The position numbers and the translations under genes are program-made. From positions 22,086-86,085 of the forward strand of contig JAZTXG010000029.1 in assembly GCA_045636365.1 (NCBI GenBank): a DNA stretch of 64,000 nt, read 5' to 3'. Under the pieces are notes generated by a model, which worked only from the letters and a program-made list of their open reading frames with translations, was not told where the DNA came from and searched no databases. How positions within the stretch are numbered: position 1 is the first letter of the stretch; each line of letters opens with the position of its first letter. This DNA is from Eubacteriales bacterium (GTDB lineage Bacteria; Bacillota; Clostridia; Oscillospirales; QAKW01). Shown here in pieces: positions 1 through 9,357 of the stretch.

Positions 1-831
1 TCCGATCCCCGTCAGGGCGATTATACCGAAGAATATCAGGCCTATTACCATGAAGAGTTGATCAAGCAGTTATTTACCCGCAAATATATGTGGGCAACCC
101 ATGTCTGGAATATGTTTGATTTCGGCGCCGATGCGCGCGCCGAAGGCGGCGAAAACGGCCAGAACCATAAGGGTCTGATCACCTTCGACCGTAAGTATAT
201 GAAGGATTCCTTCTATGCTTATAAGGCATGGCTTTCCGAGGATCCCTTTGTTCATCTCTGCGGCAAGCGGTATATCGACCGCGTGGAAGAGGTGACCAAG
301 GTAACGGTCTATTCCAACCTGCCCGAAGTGGAACTGTTTGCCAACGGCGAAAGCTTGGGCAAAAAGGCAGCGGAAGATCATTTCTTCTATTTCGATGTAC
401 CCAATGTGGGCGAAACCAAGCTGGTGGCTGTCGCCGGTGATTTCAAGGACGAAAGTGTCATCCGCAAGGTCGAGACCTTCAACGAAGAATATCGCCTGAA
501 GGAAGAGGGCGCCATCCTCAATTGGTTTGATATTGAAGAAAAGCCCGGTCGCCTTTCGCTCAATAGCAAGATGGGCGATGTCATCTCCACCTTCCGCGGA
601 AAACTCTTCTTTATGAAGATGTTCTCCAAGATGATGGGCGGGAAAAAGAAGGGCGGTATGAAAGCCGCCGGCTTCGAGGTTACTACCGAAATGATGTCGA
701 TGATGAACGGATTTACTGTCCTGCGGCTCTTCACCATGATGGGCGGTATGATGGATGTGAAGTTCACCAAAGAGGATCTGCTGGCGATCAATGCCAAACT
801 CAGCAAGATCAAAGCCCCCAAGAAAAAGTAA
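1..831 (+). CDS. Glycoside hydrolase family 2 (beta-galactosidase-like), C-terminal part, truncated by window start
   Basis: Motifs WNMFDF, NHKGLITFDRK..KDSFYAYKAW and VTVYSNLPEVELFANG are typical of GH2; the reading frame is open from the window edge. Confidence 0.85.
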   Translation, partial: SDPRQGDYTEEYQAYYHEELIKQLFTRKYMWATHVWNMFDFGADARAEGGENGQNHKGLITFDRKYMKDSFYAYKAWLSEDPFVHLCGKRYIDRVEEVTKVTVYSNLPEVELFANGESLGKKAAEDHFFYFDVPNVGETKLVAVAGDFKDESVIRKVETFNEEYRLKEEGAILNWFDIEEKPGRLSLNSKMGDVISTFRGKLFFMKMFSKMMGGKKKGGMKAAGFEVTTEMMSMMNGFTVLRLFTMMGGMMDVKFTKEDLLAINAKLSKIKAPKKK

Positions 832-840
832 GAAAACAAA

Positions 841-887
841 CAATAAAAACTCCCGCAATGCGTTAGCATAACGGGAGTTTTTTATTG
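841..887. terminator. Bidirectional intrinsic terminator
   Basis: Inverted repeat caataaaaactcccg...cgggagttttttattg between convergent GH2 and glmM. Confidence 0.75.
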
Positions 888-894
888 GGATGAG

Positions 895-911
895 CGGTGT
901 AAATTTACACT
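895..911. repeat. 17-bp element, copy 1 (cggtgtaaatttacact; palindromic core GTGTAAATTTACAC)
   Basis: Exact reverse complement of 2437-2453. Confidence 0.8.
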
Positions 912-2316
912 ATTGAATGGATTGAATGGTCTTTGCAATCTCTTCGATGGTCTTTTGGCAAAGTTCGTCTGTTTCCGCCTCCACCATAATGCGAACCATT
1001 GGTTCGGTGCCGCTTTCCCGCAAGAGAATGCGCCCTGCATCACCGAGCCATTCGGTATTCTTTTGCAAAGCAGCCTGCACCGCAGGGTGGCGGATGACCG
1101 CGCTTTTATCAGCGGCGGGAATGTTCTTTTCCATTTGGGGGAGATAGGTGACCGGTTTGGCAAGAGCGGAAAGGGGGAGTTTTTCGTCCAGCATCTGTTC
1201 GGCGATCATAATGGCGGTGAGCAGACCATCGCCGGTGGTGGCATATTTGCGCAGAATGATATGCCCCGATTGTTCGCCGCCTAAGCGGTAGCCGCCCTTT
1301 TGCATTGCTTCATAGATGAAGCGGTCGCCCACATTGGTGCGGATGCAGCGGATGCCTTCCTGCGCCAAGGCGCGCTCCACGCCGGTGTTGGACATAATGG
1401 TCGCCACCACCGTATCTTGATCCAGCATCCCGCGCTTTTTCAGGCGGGTCGCCAGAATAAACAGCATGGTGTCGCCGTCGACAATGTTTCCTTGCTCGTC
1501 AACAGCAATACAACGGTCGGCATCGCCGTCGAAGGCAAAGCCGGCATCTAAATGCTGCTCGTTGACCAAGTTGCGCAGGTTTTCAATATGGGTGGAGCCG
1601 CAATCGCGGTTGATATTTAAGCCATCGGGAGAAGCACCGGTGAGGTAGACCTGCGCGCCCAGCGCTTCAAAGATGGATTTGGCGATGTTCCAAGCCGCGC
1701 CGTTGGCGCAGTCCAGCCCGATCCGCAGATTTTTATAGGAATGAGCCGCCACCGAAATGAGATATCCCATATAGCGGTTGCGCCCCGCCACATAGTCGAT
1801 GATTCCGCCCAGTTTTTCGCGGTGCGCCACCGGCAAGTCTTCTTCCTTTACACCCAATAAATCCAAATTGCCGTCCAAATAGGCTTCGATCAGCGCGGCG
1901 GTGGTGTTATCCAGCTTTTCGCCGAAGCGGTTGATAATCTTAATGCCGTTATCGTAAAAAGGATTATGGGAGGCAGTAATCATCACACCGCAGTCAAATT
2001 CGTCCTGCCGGGTCACATAGGTGACGCTGGGAGTGGTGGTCACATGCAGCATATAGGCATCCGCACCGGAAGCGGTAATGCCCGCTACAATGGAATATTC
2101 CAGCATATAGCTGGAGCGGCGGGTATCCTTGCCAATGACAATGCGGGGGCGGTAATTCTGCTTGGTGCAGCCCGAAATCGGATTAGCAAAATACCAACCT
2201 AAAAACCGCCCGATGCGGTAGGCGTGCATAGAGGTCAGCCCGACATTGGCTTCGCCGCGGAACCCGTCAGTCCCGAAATATTTATTCTCGGTGTGTCCGT
2301 TCAGATCGATGCTCAT
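910..2316 (-). CDS. glmM: Phosphoglucosamine mutase
   Basis: YFGTDGFRG, TASHNP (catalytic Ser), FDGDADR, GGEQSGH, RESGTEP motifs. Confidence 0.95.
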   Translation of the reverse strand: MSIDLNGHTENKYFGTDGFRGEANVGLTSMHAYRIGRFLGWYFANPISGCTKQNYRPRIVIGKDTRRSSYMLEYSIVAGITASGADAYMLHVTTTPSVTYVTRQDEFDCGVMITASHNPFYDNGIKIINRFGEKLDNTTAALIEAYLDGNLDLLGVKEEDLPVAHREKLGGIIDYVAGRNRYMGYLISVAAHSYKNLRIGLDCANGAAWNIAKSIFEALGAQVYLTGASPDGLNINRDCGSTHIENLRNLVNEQHLDAGFAFDGDADRCIAVDEQGNIVDGDTMLFILATRLKKRGMLDQDTVVATIMSNTGVERALAQEGIRCIRTNVGDRFIYEAMQKGGYRLGGEQSGHIILRKYATTGDGLLTAIMIAEQMLDEKLPLSALAKPVTYLPQMEKNIPAADKSAVIRHPAVQAALQKNTEWLGDAGRILLRESGTEPMVRIMVEAETDELCQKTIEEIAKTIQSIQ

Positions 2317-2436
2317 AATCTTCTCCCTTAAAAAAATAGTCTCTTTATTATATTACGCATCGATGCCGAAAAAATTATAGAACTTTGTATTGAATTCATA
2401 ACCGAAAACACATAAAACAGGGCGAGTTTTATTAAA

Positions 2437-2453
2437 AGTGTAAATTTACACCG
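2437..2453. repeat. 17-bp element, copy 2 (agtgtaaatttacaccg)
   Basis: Exact reverse complement of 895-911. Confidence 0.8.
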
Positions 2454-2527
2454 AGTTTAACATTGGTTTTCCTCTAAAAGAAAACAAAAAAGAGAGCCCA
2501 AAGACTCTCTTTAATGTAAAATTAAAA

Positions 2528-3622
2528 TTAGCGAGGACGGAAACCACCGCAATTTAATCCGGCAAGACTATTTTTGTGGTAGGCACCACAAGTACCATTG
2601 TTGACACAATGTCTACAACGATCACTAGCTAATTTTTGTTGTGCATAGTATTCTTTTCTTGCGTCATCTTCCGCCTTTCGTTGAGCTTGTGCCGCTTGGC
2701 GTTGCGCTTGTTCTGCTTGGCGAGCAGCCTGGCGAGCCTGTTCTGCTTGCTGGCGCTCCATCTGCTCATTATGGCGACGTTCTTCTGCAGCTTGGCGCTC
2801 CAAAATGGCGGTGCGGCGTTCCTCTTCGGCCTGCCGACGCGCTTCTGCCTCGCGGCGGGCAGCGGCCTCTTGTTCTTGCCGTTCCTCATCAATAGCCAAG
2901 TTTAAAGCTTCTTTGTAGGTATCGGCTCTCCCGCTCTTAAGAATGGTGATGATGGAGGAAACAAGGTGCAGATAATCTTCGGGAACAAGCTCGGATTGCC
3001 GAAGTTGTTCATTGACCTCTTGCCGCTTTTCAATAGCCGCTTGCTTATTTTCACCAAATTCATCCAATGTTTTGATATAATCATCGTAGGAAACGGCATG
3101 CAGTGCCCGGAAGATATCCATTTCGTTTAAAGCGGCTTCTTTTTCCTGCTCATAACGAGCAAGGCCGGCACGAAATTTTTCCATAGAGAGGTTGTATTCT
3201 TTTACCGAGCGATCATAAGCGTGCTTTTTATCAAAATAATCTTTTTTAGACTTGGAATAGCGGAACCAAAAGAAGATTGTGGCAAAAATGCCGAGGACAC
3301 TAAGCGTATTAAAAAAGTTGACATTGCTGAGAAAATAGATGATCAGCATCAGCGCGGTGAAACCCAGCACACCGAAGAAGACCAACTTTTTGCTATCCAA
3401 TCCTTTTTGCAAGGCAGCGTGCTTATTTTCCATCGGGAAGATCGGAGTGGTGGCAAAGACAGAAGGTGCCTTGGGCGGCTCGCCGCGGCAGGCGCGGATT
3501 TCTTTCACCTTTTCCAAAGCTTCCTGAGCCGCACCGTGTTCGATGTAATACAGCAGTTTGCCGCTTTCTTCATAAAGGGATTGGATTTGTTCCAATTGAC
3601 CGATCAATTGTTTATCGCTCAT
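2528..3622 (-). CDS. Hypothetical membrane protein: 2 TM helices, long coiled coil, C-terminal Cys cluster
   Basis: 364-aa ORF; two hydrophobic segments; E/Q/R/A-rich helix; CRHC..C...C tail; RBS ggagg. Confidence 0.75.
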   Translation of the reverse strand: MSDKQLIGQLEQIQSLYEESGKLLYYIEHGAAQEALEKVKEIRACRGEPPKAPSVFATTPIFPMENKHAALQKGLDSKKLVFFGVLGFTALMLIIYFLSNVNFFNTLSVLGIFATIFFWFRYSKSKKDYFDKKHAYDRSVKEYNLSMEKFRAGLARYEQEKEAALNEMDIFRALHAVSYDDYIKTLDEFGENKQAAIEKRQEVNEQLRQSELVPEDYLHLVSSIITILKSGRADTYKEALNLAIDEERQEQEAAARREAEARRQAEEERRTAILERQAAEERRHNEQMERQQAEQARQAARQAEQAQRQAAQAQRKAEDDARKEYYAQQKLASDRCRHCVNNGTCGAYHKNSLAGLNCGGFRPR

Positions 3623-4168
3623 TTATTTGCCCTCCTTTTCTGAAAGAATAAAGAGCCATGCAAGCTCGATCTGGATAAACCGAAGCTCTTGGTCGATATC
3701 GTAGAGCGCATCATCGGCAACCTCAGATATCCGCTCTTCGATGAAGCATTGATCCTTTTCTTTCATTTTCTCAATGTAGCCACCATTTTTAAAGAGGGTT
3801 TGGTCATAGATCCATTCGCTGGGGTTAAAGGGGTCTACAAATTCATGAAGGATCGATAAAAAGATGCAATATGTTGCTTGCGTATCGTAGATCTTTTTGG
3901 CATTCTTAACATAAGCAACAAAAGGATTTTTTGCCCCATCGAGCAGAGCGGGGAAGGATGCATAAGGTGCCTTGGAGGAATATACCGCATCCGCGAGCAA
4001 AAAGGCTACGCGGAATAGGAACTCCTCCTTATGCAACGATTCGCATGACACTGTTTTTAAATAGGAGTAAATAAAAACAGCTCGGTCCTCAATGCCTTTG
4101 CAGCCTTCAAAAACTTTTTGCCCCTCGGCTGATAAAAACCAATCGGCATTCTTTTTGATAAGTTCCAT
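3623..4168 (-). CDS. Hypothetical protein
   Basis: 181-aa ORF abutting the downstream gene; RBS present. Confidence 0.7.
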   Translation of the reverse strand: MELIKKNADWFLSAEGQKVFEGCKGIEDRAVFIYSYLKTVSCESLHKEEFLFRVAFLLADAVYSSKAPYASFPALLDGAKNPFVAYVKNAKKIYDTQATYCIFLSILHEFVDPFNPSEWIYDQTLFKNGGYIEKMKEKDQCFIEERISEVADDALYDIDQELRFIQIELAWLFILSEKEGK

Positions 4169-4190
4169 AATTCAACGGATCCCTTTCTGA

Positions 4191-4694
4191 TTATTTAAGC
4201 AGGCCGAGGCCCTTCAGGTAGGCGTGTACCTTCATCATCTCGTCATCATTGGCATAATTATCAATAAATGTCAGCAGGAAGGTTTTAATGTTATGATATT
4301 TAACGCTGTTGTCGGTTTCGGTAGTGCCGTTGGCATTGACCTTGGTGGCTGATTTAAGGCCGAAATTCTTTTTCAAAAGAGAAACGGCGGCATTATCTTC
4401 TTTGGGAGTGGTCAGAACGATAGTGCAGCTTTCGCCGTCGGCAAAATCGATGGCAACGGTGCAACTGTCGGCATCGTTGGCAAGGATGCGCAATGCTTTG
4501 GCTTCAATACCGATATCATAGCGGCCCATTGTTTCTTTGTTTTCTAAGAAGATGATCTGGGTAAACTTATTGCTGGTAGTAACCTTCTGATCCGGCGGAT
4601 TGCCCAGCGCAACAAGGCAGTCCTTGTGTTTGCCCTCGGTAACGCTGCCATACTTGGTCGCAATCGTTGCACCTAATTTTTCCATAAATCCCAT
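4191..4694 (-). CDS. Hypothetical protein
   Basis: 167-aa ORF with RBS agagg; first gene of a 3-gene operon. Confidence 0.7.
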   Translation of the reverse strand: MGFMEKLGATIATKYGSVTEGKHKDCLVALGNPPDQKVTTSNKFTQIIFLENKETMGRYDIGIEAKALRILANDADSCTVAIDFADGESCTIVLTTPKEDNAAVSLLKKNFGLKSATKVNANGTTETDNSVKYHNIKTFLLTFIDNYANDDEMMKVHAYLKGLGLLK

Positions 4695-4758
4695 TTTGTA
4701 CCTCTTTCTGCCGAATTGAATCGGCCATTAAATTTTTTTAGGAGTGTTCCCTCCAAAA

Positions 4759-4829
4759 TGGTGAATAGTATTCACCAAATTTACCATAATTTTAACATAT
4801 AATAAAATAAATGTAAATACTATTCAACA
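4759..4829. promoter_or_regulatory. Candidate XRE operator pair in divergent promoter region
   Basis: Perfect inverted repeat TGGTGAATA-G-TATTCACCA at 4759-4777 and a degenerate copy atgtaaatactattcaaca at 4811-4829. Confidence 0.6.
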
Positions 4830-4847
4830 AAAAATGAGGGATTTTTT

Positions 4848-5105
4848 ATGTTTAAGATTAAGGCCGCCGATGGCACAAACAACCTTTGCGGCAGGCGTAT
4901 TGCAGAAATACGCAAGAGCAAAAAACTATCCCAGCGAAAGCTGGCAGCAAAAATGCAGTTGCTCGGATTTGACGTGGATCATTATTTCATTCGTCGGGTG
5001 GAAAACGGTGAGAGGTTTGTCACCGACATTGATTTAGTGATCTTTTCGCGTGCGCTGGATGTGGCAATATCCGATATGCTATCGGCGGAGGACGCGGAGT
5101 TATAA
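4848..5105 (+). CDS. XRE/HTH_3 transcriptional regulator
   Basis: GRRIAEIRKSKKLSQRKLA...IRRVENGER HTH pattern. Confidence 0.85.
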   Translation: MFKIKAADGTNNLCGRRIAEIRKSKKLSQRKLAAKMQLLGFDVDHYFIRRVENGERFVTDIDLVIFSRALDVAISDMLSAEDAEL

Positions 5106-5220
5106 ATCCCTCATCCTCCGATTATTTTAATCTCTTTTTCGTCAAATTTCTTATGCTGCCAGCATAGTTGACAAATTTCTTGTTGTTTGCTATTCTTGAA
5201 GCAGAAAGAAGGGGATTATT

Positions 5221-5643
5221 TTGCAGAAGGATACATCAAGGATTTTAGAAGAGCTGGGATTGTGCCCGGATTTCAAATCGTTCTATAATGAAAATAAAAA
5301 CTATATGGTATCGGATTCCTTGTCGGCATTGCTGGAGCGGCTGCTCAAAGAAAAAGGATTAAAAAAATCCGTTGTTATCAAGAAAGCGGAGCTGGCAGAG
5401 GTCTATGGATATCAGATCTTTTCGGGATTGCGGGTACCGGAGCGTAAAAAACTGCTGTGTCTGGCAATCGGGATGGGTTTGAATCTTGAAGAAACCCAAA
5501 CATTGCTTAAATGCGCGGGATATTCAACACTGTATGTTAAAATTCCTTTCGACAGCATTGTTTTGTTTGGTGTTTGCAAAGGTCTTTCAGTGGTGGAGAT
5601 CAACGAACTTTTATATGAATATGGGTTGGAAACATTGGGATGA
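5221..5643 (+). CDS. XRE-like DNA-binding protein
   Basis: LLKEKGLKKSVVIKKA...YGYQIFSG.R.P.RKKLLCLAIGMGL..EETQTLL pattern; TTG start. Confidence 0.7.
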   Translation: MQKDTSRILEELGLCPDFKSFYNENKNYMVSDSLSALLERLLKEKGLKKSVVIKKAELAEVYGYQIFSGLRVPERKKLLCLAIGMGLNLEETQTLLKCAGYSTLYVKIPFDSIVLFGVCKGLSVVEINELLYEYGLETLG

Positions 5644-6821
5644 GTGTTGAAAATAAAAAATGCCCCCATTGCGGGGCAGAAATTGAAGAAAACGCGCGGT
5701 TTTGCCTTTATTGCATGACTTCGCTGGATGAAAAAGAAGCGCTTACATCACGCTTTTATGCCTATAAACGGTGGCTGATCCCGGCCGCTGTTTTTTTGGG
5801 GTTCTTGGTGGTTGGCGCAGTTCTTTGCTTGCTTCTTTGGAAACCGGAGCCTAAGGAACAAAAACCGAATCCGGAGAGTGTTGCAGGGGAGCAACTCGGT
5901 AATGAAAATGCAGATGGATCACCAAATCTTACACCGGAAACTTCGACCGATGGAGATGGTGCGGATGAGTCCGTTGGCAATTTTGCGGAAAACCCGAATG
6001 GGACCGGATCTTCGCAAGTCGGGGAAGAAACGAATCATGGCGCAGGAAACCCCGACGGATCCGCAGGAAACGGAACGCAGGGGCAGACTTCTTCACCGAA
6101 CGGCACGCAAACCAACCTTTCCGGAAATGGCGGGGAAACGGTGAAGAATCCATCGAACGGATCCAATTCTTCTTCGGAAAAGGGAACCGAAGAAAATGAG
6201 ACCGAAAAAACGCCGGAATCTTCCGAAAACAATTCGGATTCTGGGAACGATACCGAAGATAATACCGCAGATTCTTCTCAAAACTCGCAGCAACAACAGC
6301 AGCAACAGCAACCCGAGCAACAGGAGCCGGAGCAGGAAGAGCCTGCGCCGAAGCCTTCGGTGACCGAAGCGGTCTATACATATCGGCAAATGAAATACGG
6401 CGATGATTATCATACCAATGCGGCGGTTACCGATGATAAAATTGTTTTGACAGGGATTCAAACGCCCGCGGCAGACGGCATCTATCATATCCCCGCCACC
6501 ATCGACGGAAAAACAGTGATTGCGATTGAGTCGTCGGCGTTCTATAATAGCGGTCACGCTTTGACGATTAAAAAAGTCTATATTCCATCGACCCTTAAAA
6601 CGATTTGGGGATCCGCATTTGTCGGCTGCTATAATCTGACAGATGTATATTTATATGGTAAATCGATCTATATTGATCCATGGGCATTTCCTACGGTGGA
6701 CAAGCGGAACGGAACATTAACGATCCATTGCTCTTCCGATTGCAGCAATCGGGATTTTCGTTATTATAAAAATATCGCATCTTCGTATTACGATGCCAAA
6801 TATGTGGAATGGAACGGTTAA
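5640..6821 (+). CDS. Zinc-ribbon / single-TM / low-complexity linker / LRR_5 (BspA-like) membrane protein
   Basis: CPHC..FCLYC, one TM helix, S/G/N/E/Q-rich linker, IPATIDGKTVIAIESSAF...IPSTLKTIWGSAF repeats. Confidence 0.75.
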   Translation: MSVENKKCPHCGAEIEENARFCLYCMTSLDEKEALTSRFYAYKRWLIPAAVFLGFLVVGAVLCLLLWKPEPKEQKPNPESVAGEQLGNENADGSPNLTPETSTDGDGADESVGNFAENPNGTGSSQVGEETNHGAGNPDGSAGNGTQGQTSSPNGTQTNLSGNGGETVKNPSNGSNSSSEKGTEENETEKTPESSENNSDSGNDTEDNTADSSQNSQQQQQQQQPEQQEPEQEEPAPKPSVTEAVYTYRQMKYGDDYHTNAAVTDDKIVLTGIQTPAADGIYHIPATIDGKTVIAIESSAFYNSGHALTIKKVYIPSTLKTIWGSAFVGCYNLTDVYLYGKSIYIDPWAFPTVDKRNGTLTIHCSSDCSNRDFRYYKNIASSYYDAKYVEWNG

Positions 6822-7526
6822 ATGATGACCTGCGAACAGTACATAGAAAAAATATTTGAAACCTATCGCTTGGTGAATGTTTTGGCAGAAAAGAACGATT
6901 GCGTAGCCTATCGTATCCGCCATAAAACGCTGGAAAAGGATCTGGTGCTTCATCGATTCCCCAAAGCGGTGGTTGCCTATCAAAAACTCAGCGAGATTCG
7001 TTCGGAGCATCTTCCGCTGATCTATGATGTGATCGATCTGGAGGATGGACAGATCGTTTTGGAAGAGTATCTGGAAGGGCTGACGATCGCGGAGGTTATG
7101 ATCAGCGGGCGGTATCGCTATCGCGGTGCAGCGCGGGTACTGCGCGGGGTATGCAGCGGGCTGGAAATTTTGCATCGGTATGGTCTGGTCCATCGCGATG
7201 TTAAGCCTGAAAACGTGGTGATAACCAAGGATGGGCGAGTGGTTCTGATCGATTTCAATGCATCCCGCCAATGCTCCAAAGCGGAAAAAGATACGGTAAT
7301 TATGGGTACCGTAGGCTATGCCTCGCCCGAACAGATGGGGGTATCGCAAAGCGATGCCCGCGCCGATATTTATGCGGTCGGTGTGCTTTTGAATGTGATG
7401 CTCTCGGGCAAGCATCCCAGCGAGGAAATTGTTGGCGGCCGCGCAGGGCGCATTGTTCGCAGATGCACCGCAATGCATCCCGATGAACGGTTTCAATCGG
7501 CTCAAAAACTTGCTAAAGCATTATAA
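6822..7526 (+). CDS. Short soluble Ser/Thr (Hanks-type) protein kinase, atypical N-lobe
   Basis: HRDVKPEN, LIDFN, GTVGYASPEQ, DIYAVG motifs. Confidence 0.9.
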   Translation: MMTCEQYIEKIFETYRLVNVLAEKNDCVAYRIRHKTLEKDLVLHRFPKAVVAYQKLSEIRSEHLPLIYDVIDLEDGQIVLEEYLEGLTIAEVMISGRYRYRGAARVLRGVCSGLEILHRYGLVHRDVKPENVVITKDGRVVLIDFNASRQCSKAEKDTVIMGTVGYASPEQMGVSQSDARADIYAVGVLLNVMLSGKHPSEEIVGGRAGRIVRRCTAMHPDERFQSAQKLAKAL

Positions 7527-7528
7527 AA

Positions 7529-7560
7529 AAACCGACGGTTGCGAGTGCAACCGTCGGTTT
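7529..7560. terminator. Bidirectional intrinsic terminator
   Basis: aaaccgacggttgc-gagt-gcaaccgtcggttt hairpin between convergent genes. Confidence 0.8.
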
Positions 7561-7571
7561 GATTTTTATGA

Positions 7572-8429
7572 TTATTTTACCCAATAGGGTTGTTCGGGCA
7601 GAAGGGTATTGAAATAGGCGATATTGGCTTCTTCCTTTTCGCCGGCGTAGGTGCCTGCGAAAAAGGCGTCCATGCAATCGCCGAATTTTGCCCAGCTTTC
7701 TGCTTCTTTATCGGGGCAGATGGGGTAGAAGAGCGCGTCATTGGCCTTGGCGGCTTTGAGGTCGCCGGGGGCATCGCCGATCATCAGAACGTGGTCGGGA
7801 CCATATTGATCCTTCAGCGAGGCGATGATCTCGGTCTTATTGCCGCTTTCCTGCCCTTTGACTGCGGTGATGAGGTCCAGCAGACCATTTTCGCCCCATT
7901 CACGCTCCAGCGCTAATTGCTGGGTGGCGGAAACGATGACAATATCCGCTTGCTCATGCAGTTTTTCCAAGCACTCGCGTACATAGGGGAAGGGGGGCAC
8001 ACCGTGGACCAGCTCCGCCACCCGCTCATTGACGTTGACGGACCATTCTAAGGTGGTGCGGATCTCCTCGGCTTCGGGATGATCCTTGAGGTATTCCTCC
8101 AGACCTGCGTTGCTCAAGGGCAGGCCCGCGTCCACATAGGCGCGCAGTTCCTTGACTGCAGGCGGTGTAAAATTACGCTCTTTGACTTCCTCGCGTTCCT
8201 CCAAAACGTCCAGCGCTTTGAGCAGAGCAAGGATGCGATGGATGCCGCGATAGCGGGAATAAAGATTGGCAAAATCCCAAGCGTCGCGGGCATATTTGGA
8301 AACCGGCTGCAAGCCGAAATAGTTGATATAGGCGGGGCAGAAGCATTCCTTGTGCTTGACCTCCATGGTATCAAAGGCGCAGCCATCGGAATCGATGCAG
8401 ACTAAAAATTTCTTGCTCATTAGAGGCAC
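7572..8429 (-). CDS. HAD-family hydrolase
   Basis: IDSDGC motif I and MIGDAPGD motif IV. Confidence 0.85.
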   Translation of the reverse strand: MPLMSKKFLVCIDSDGCAFDTMEVKHKECFCPAYINYFGLQPVSKYARDAWDFANLYSRYRGIHRILALLKALDVLEEREEVKERNFTPPAVKELRAYVDAGLPLSNAGLEEYLKDHPEAEEIRTTLEWSVNVNERVAELVHGVPPFPYVRECLEKLHEQADIVIVSATQQLALEREWGENGLLDLITAVKGQESGNKTEIIASLKDQYGPDHVLMIGDAPGDLKAAKANDALFYPICPDKEAESWAKFGDCMDAFFAGTYAGEKEEANIAYFNTLLPEQPYWVK

Positions 8430-8432
8430 CTC

Positions 8433-9263
8433 TTAAAATATGTATTTTTCAAAGGCCTGAGCCAGACCGTCTTCGGTATTCAGACCGGTGACATCGTCGG
8501 CAGCGGCTTTGATATTATCGGGAGCGTTGCCCATCGCGATACCGACACCACTCTTCTGAATGATGGCATAGTCGCTGCTGCTATCGCCGATAGCAAGGCA
8601 CTCTTCCCATTTCAATCCCAATTTTTCCAAAACGACTTCGACTGCGTCCAGCTTATCCAAGCCTGCGTGCAAAAATTCCAGATTGGCGCCTGCGCCGGGG
8701 CGGGTATGGCCGATATAGTCGCAAGCGGTGATGGCATCGTAGATCTCCTGCTGCTCTTCGGCGGGGATGCCGTAGATGTTCATCTTCTCAACACGAACAT
8801 TGTTCTCAAGGAAATACTCGGAGGGCTTCTCCACTTCCTTATAGCAATGATCCCGCAGGTACCAGATATGATGCTCGGGAACAATAGCCATATCAAAGGG
8901 CTCGGTGACTGCCTTTTCAAAATAGATGGTAGCATCGGCAGCAATTTCGTTATAATAGCCCTTGCCCTCCAGCATCTTCATCAGCTCGGCGGATTGCTCG
9001 GCGGGGATGGTATCTTCATAGATGGTCTCGCCGGTCTCCCGATCGTAGACGCGGGCACCGTGGCAGGTGATATAATAGCGGATACCGGGATGGGTCAGCA
9101 GTTGGGGAGGCATCATATCAAAAACACGACCGGTACAGGGAATGATATGAATTCCCTCTTCGATTGCCTTTTGAATTGCCGCCATATTTTTCATCGAAAT
9201 GGCGACCTGGCCTTTGCCCAATGCGGTGCCGTCCATATCCATTAAAACAGCGCGAATCTTCAT
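8433..9263 (-). CDS. Cof-type HAD-IIB hydrolase
   Basis: MDMDGT, CTGR, IGDSSSD, AMGNA. Confidence 0.9.
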   Translation of the reverse strand: MKIRAVLMDMDGTALGKGQVAISMKNMAAIQKAIEEGIHIIPCTGRVFDMMPPQLLTHPGIRYYITCHGARVYDRETGETIYEDTIPAEQSAELMKMLEGKGYYNEIAADATIYFEKAVTEPFDMAIVPEHHIWYLRDHCYKEVEKPSEYFLENNVRVEKMNIYGIPAEEQQEIYDAITACDYIGHTRPGAGANLEFLHAGLDKLDAVEVVLEKLGLKWEECLAIGDSSSDYAIIQKSGVGIAMGNAPDNIKAAADDVTGLNTEDGLAQAFEKYIF

Positions 9264-9357
9264 TTTTTAGAATCTCCTTTGTTTATTTAATCAATTTTTA
9301 TCTTATTTATTATACAACTAATCAAGAATACTGTCAATCAATAATTGGTCCTTGCTT

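Noticed and set aside
6288-6345. CAG/CAA poly-Gln tract as a phase-variable repeat
   Set aside because: In-frame mixed codons within a low-complexity linker; slippage would not switch expression
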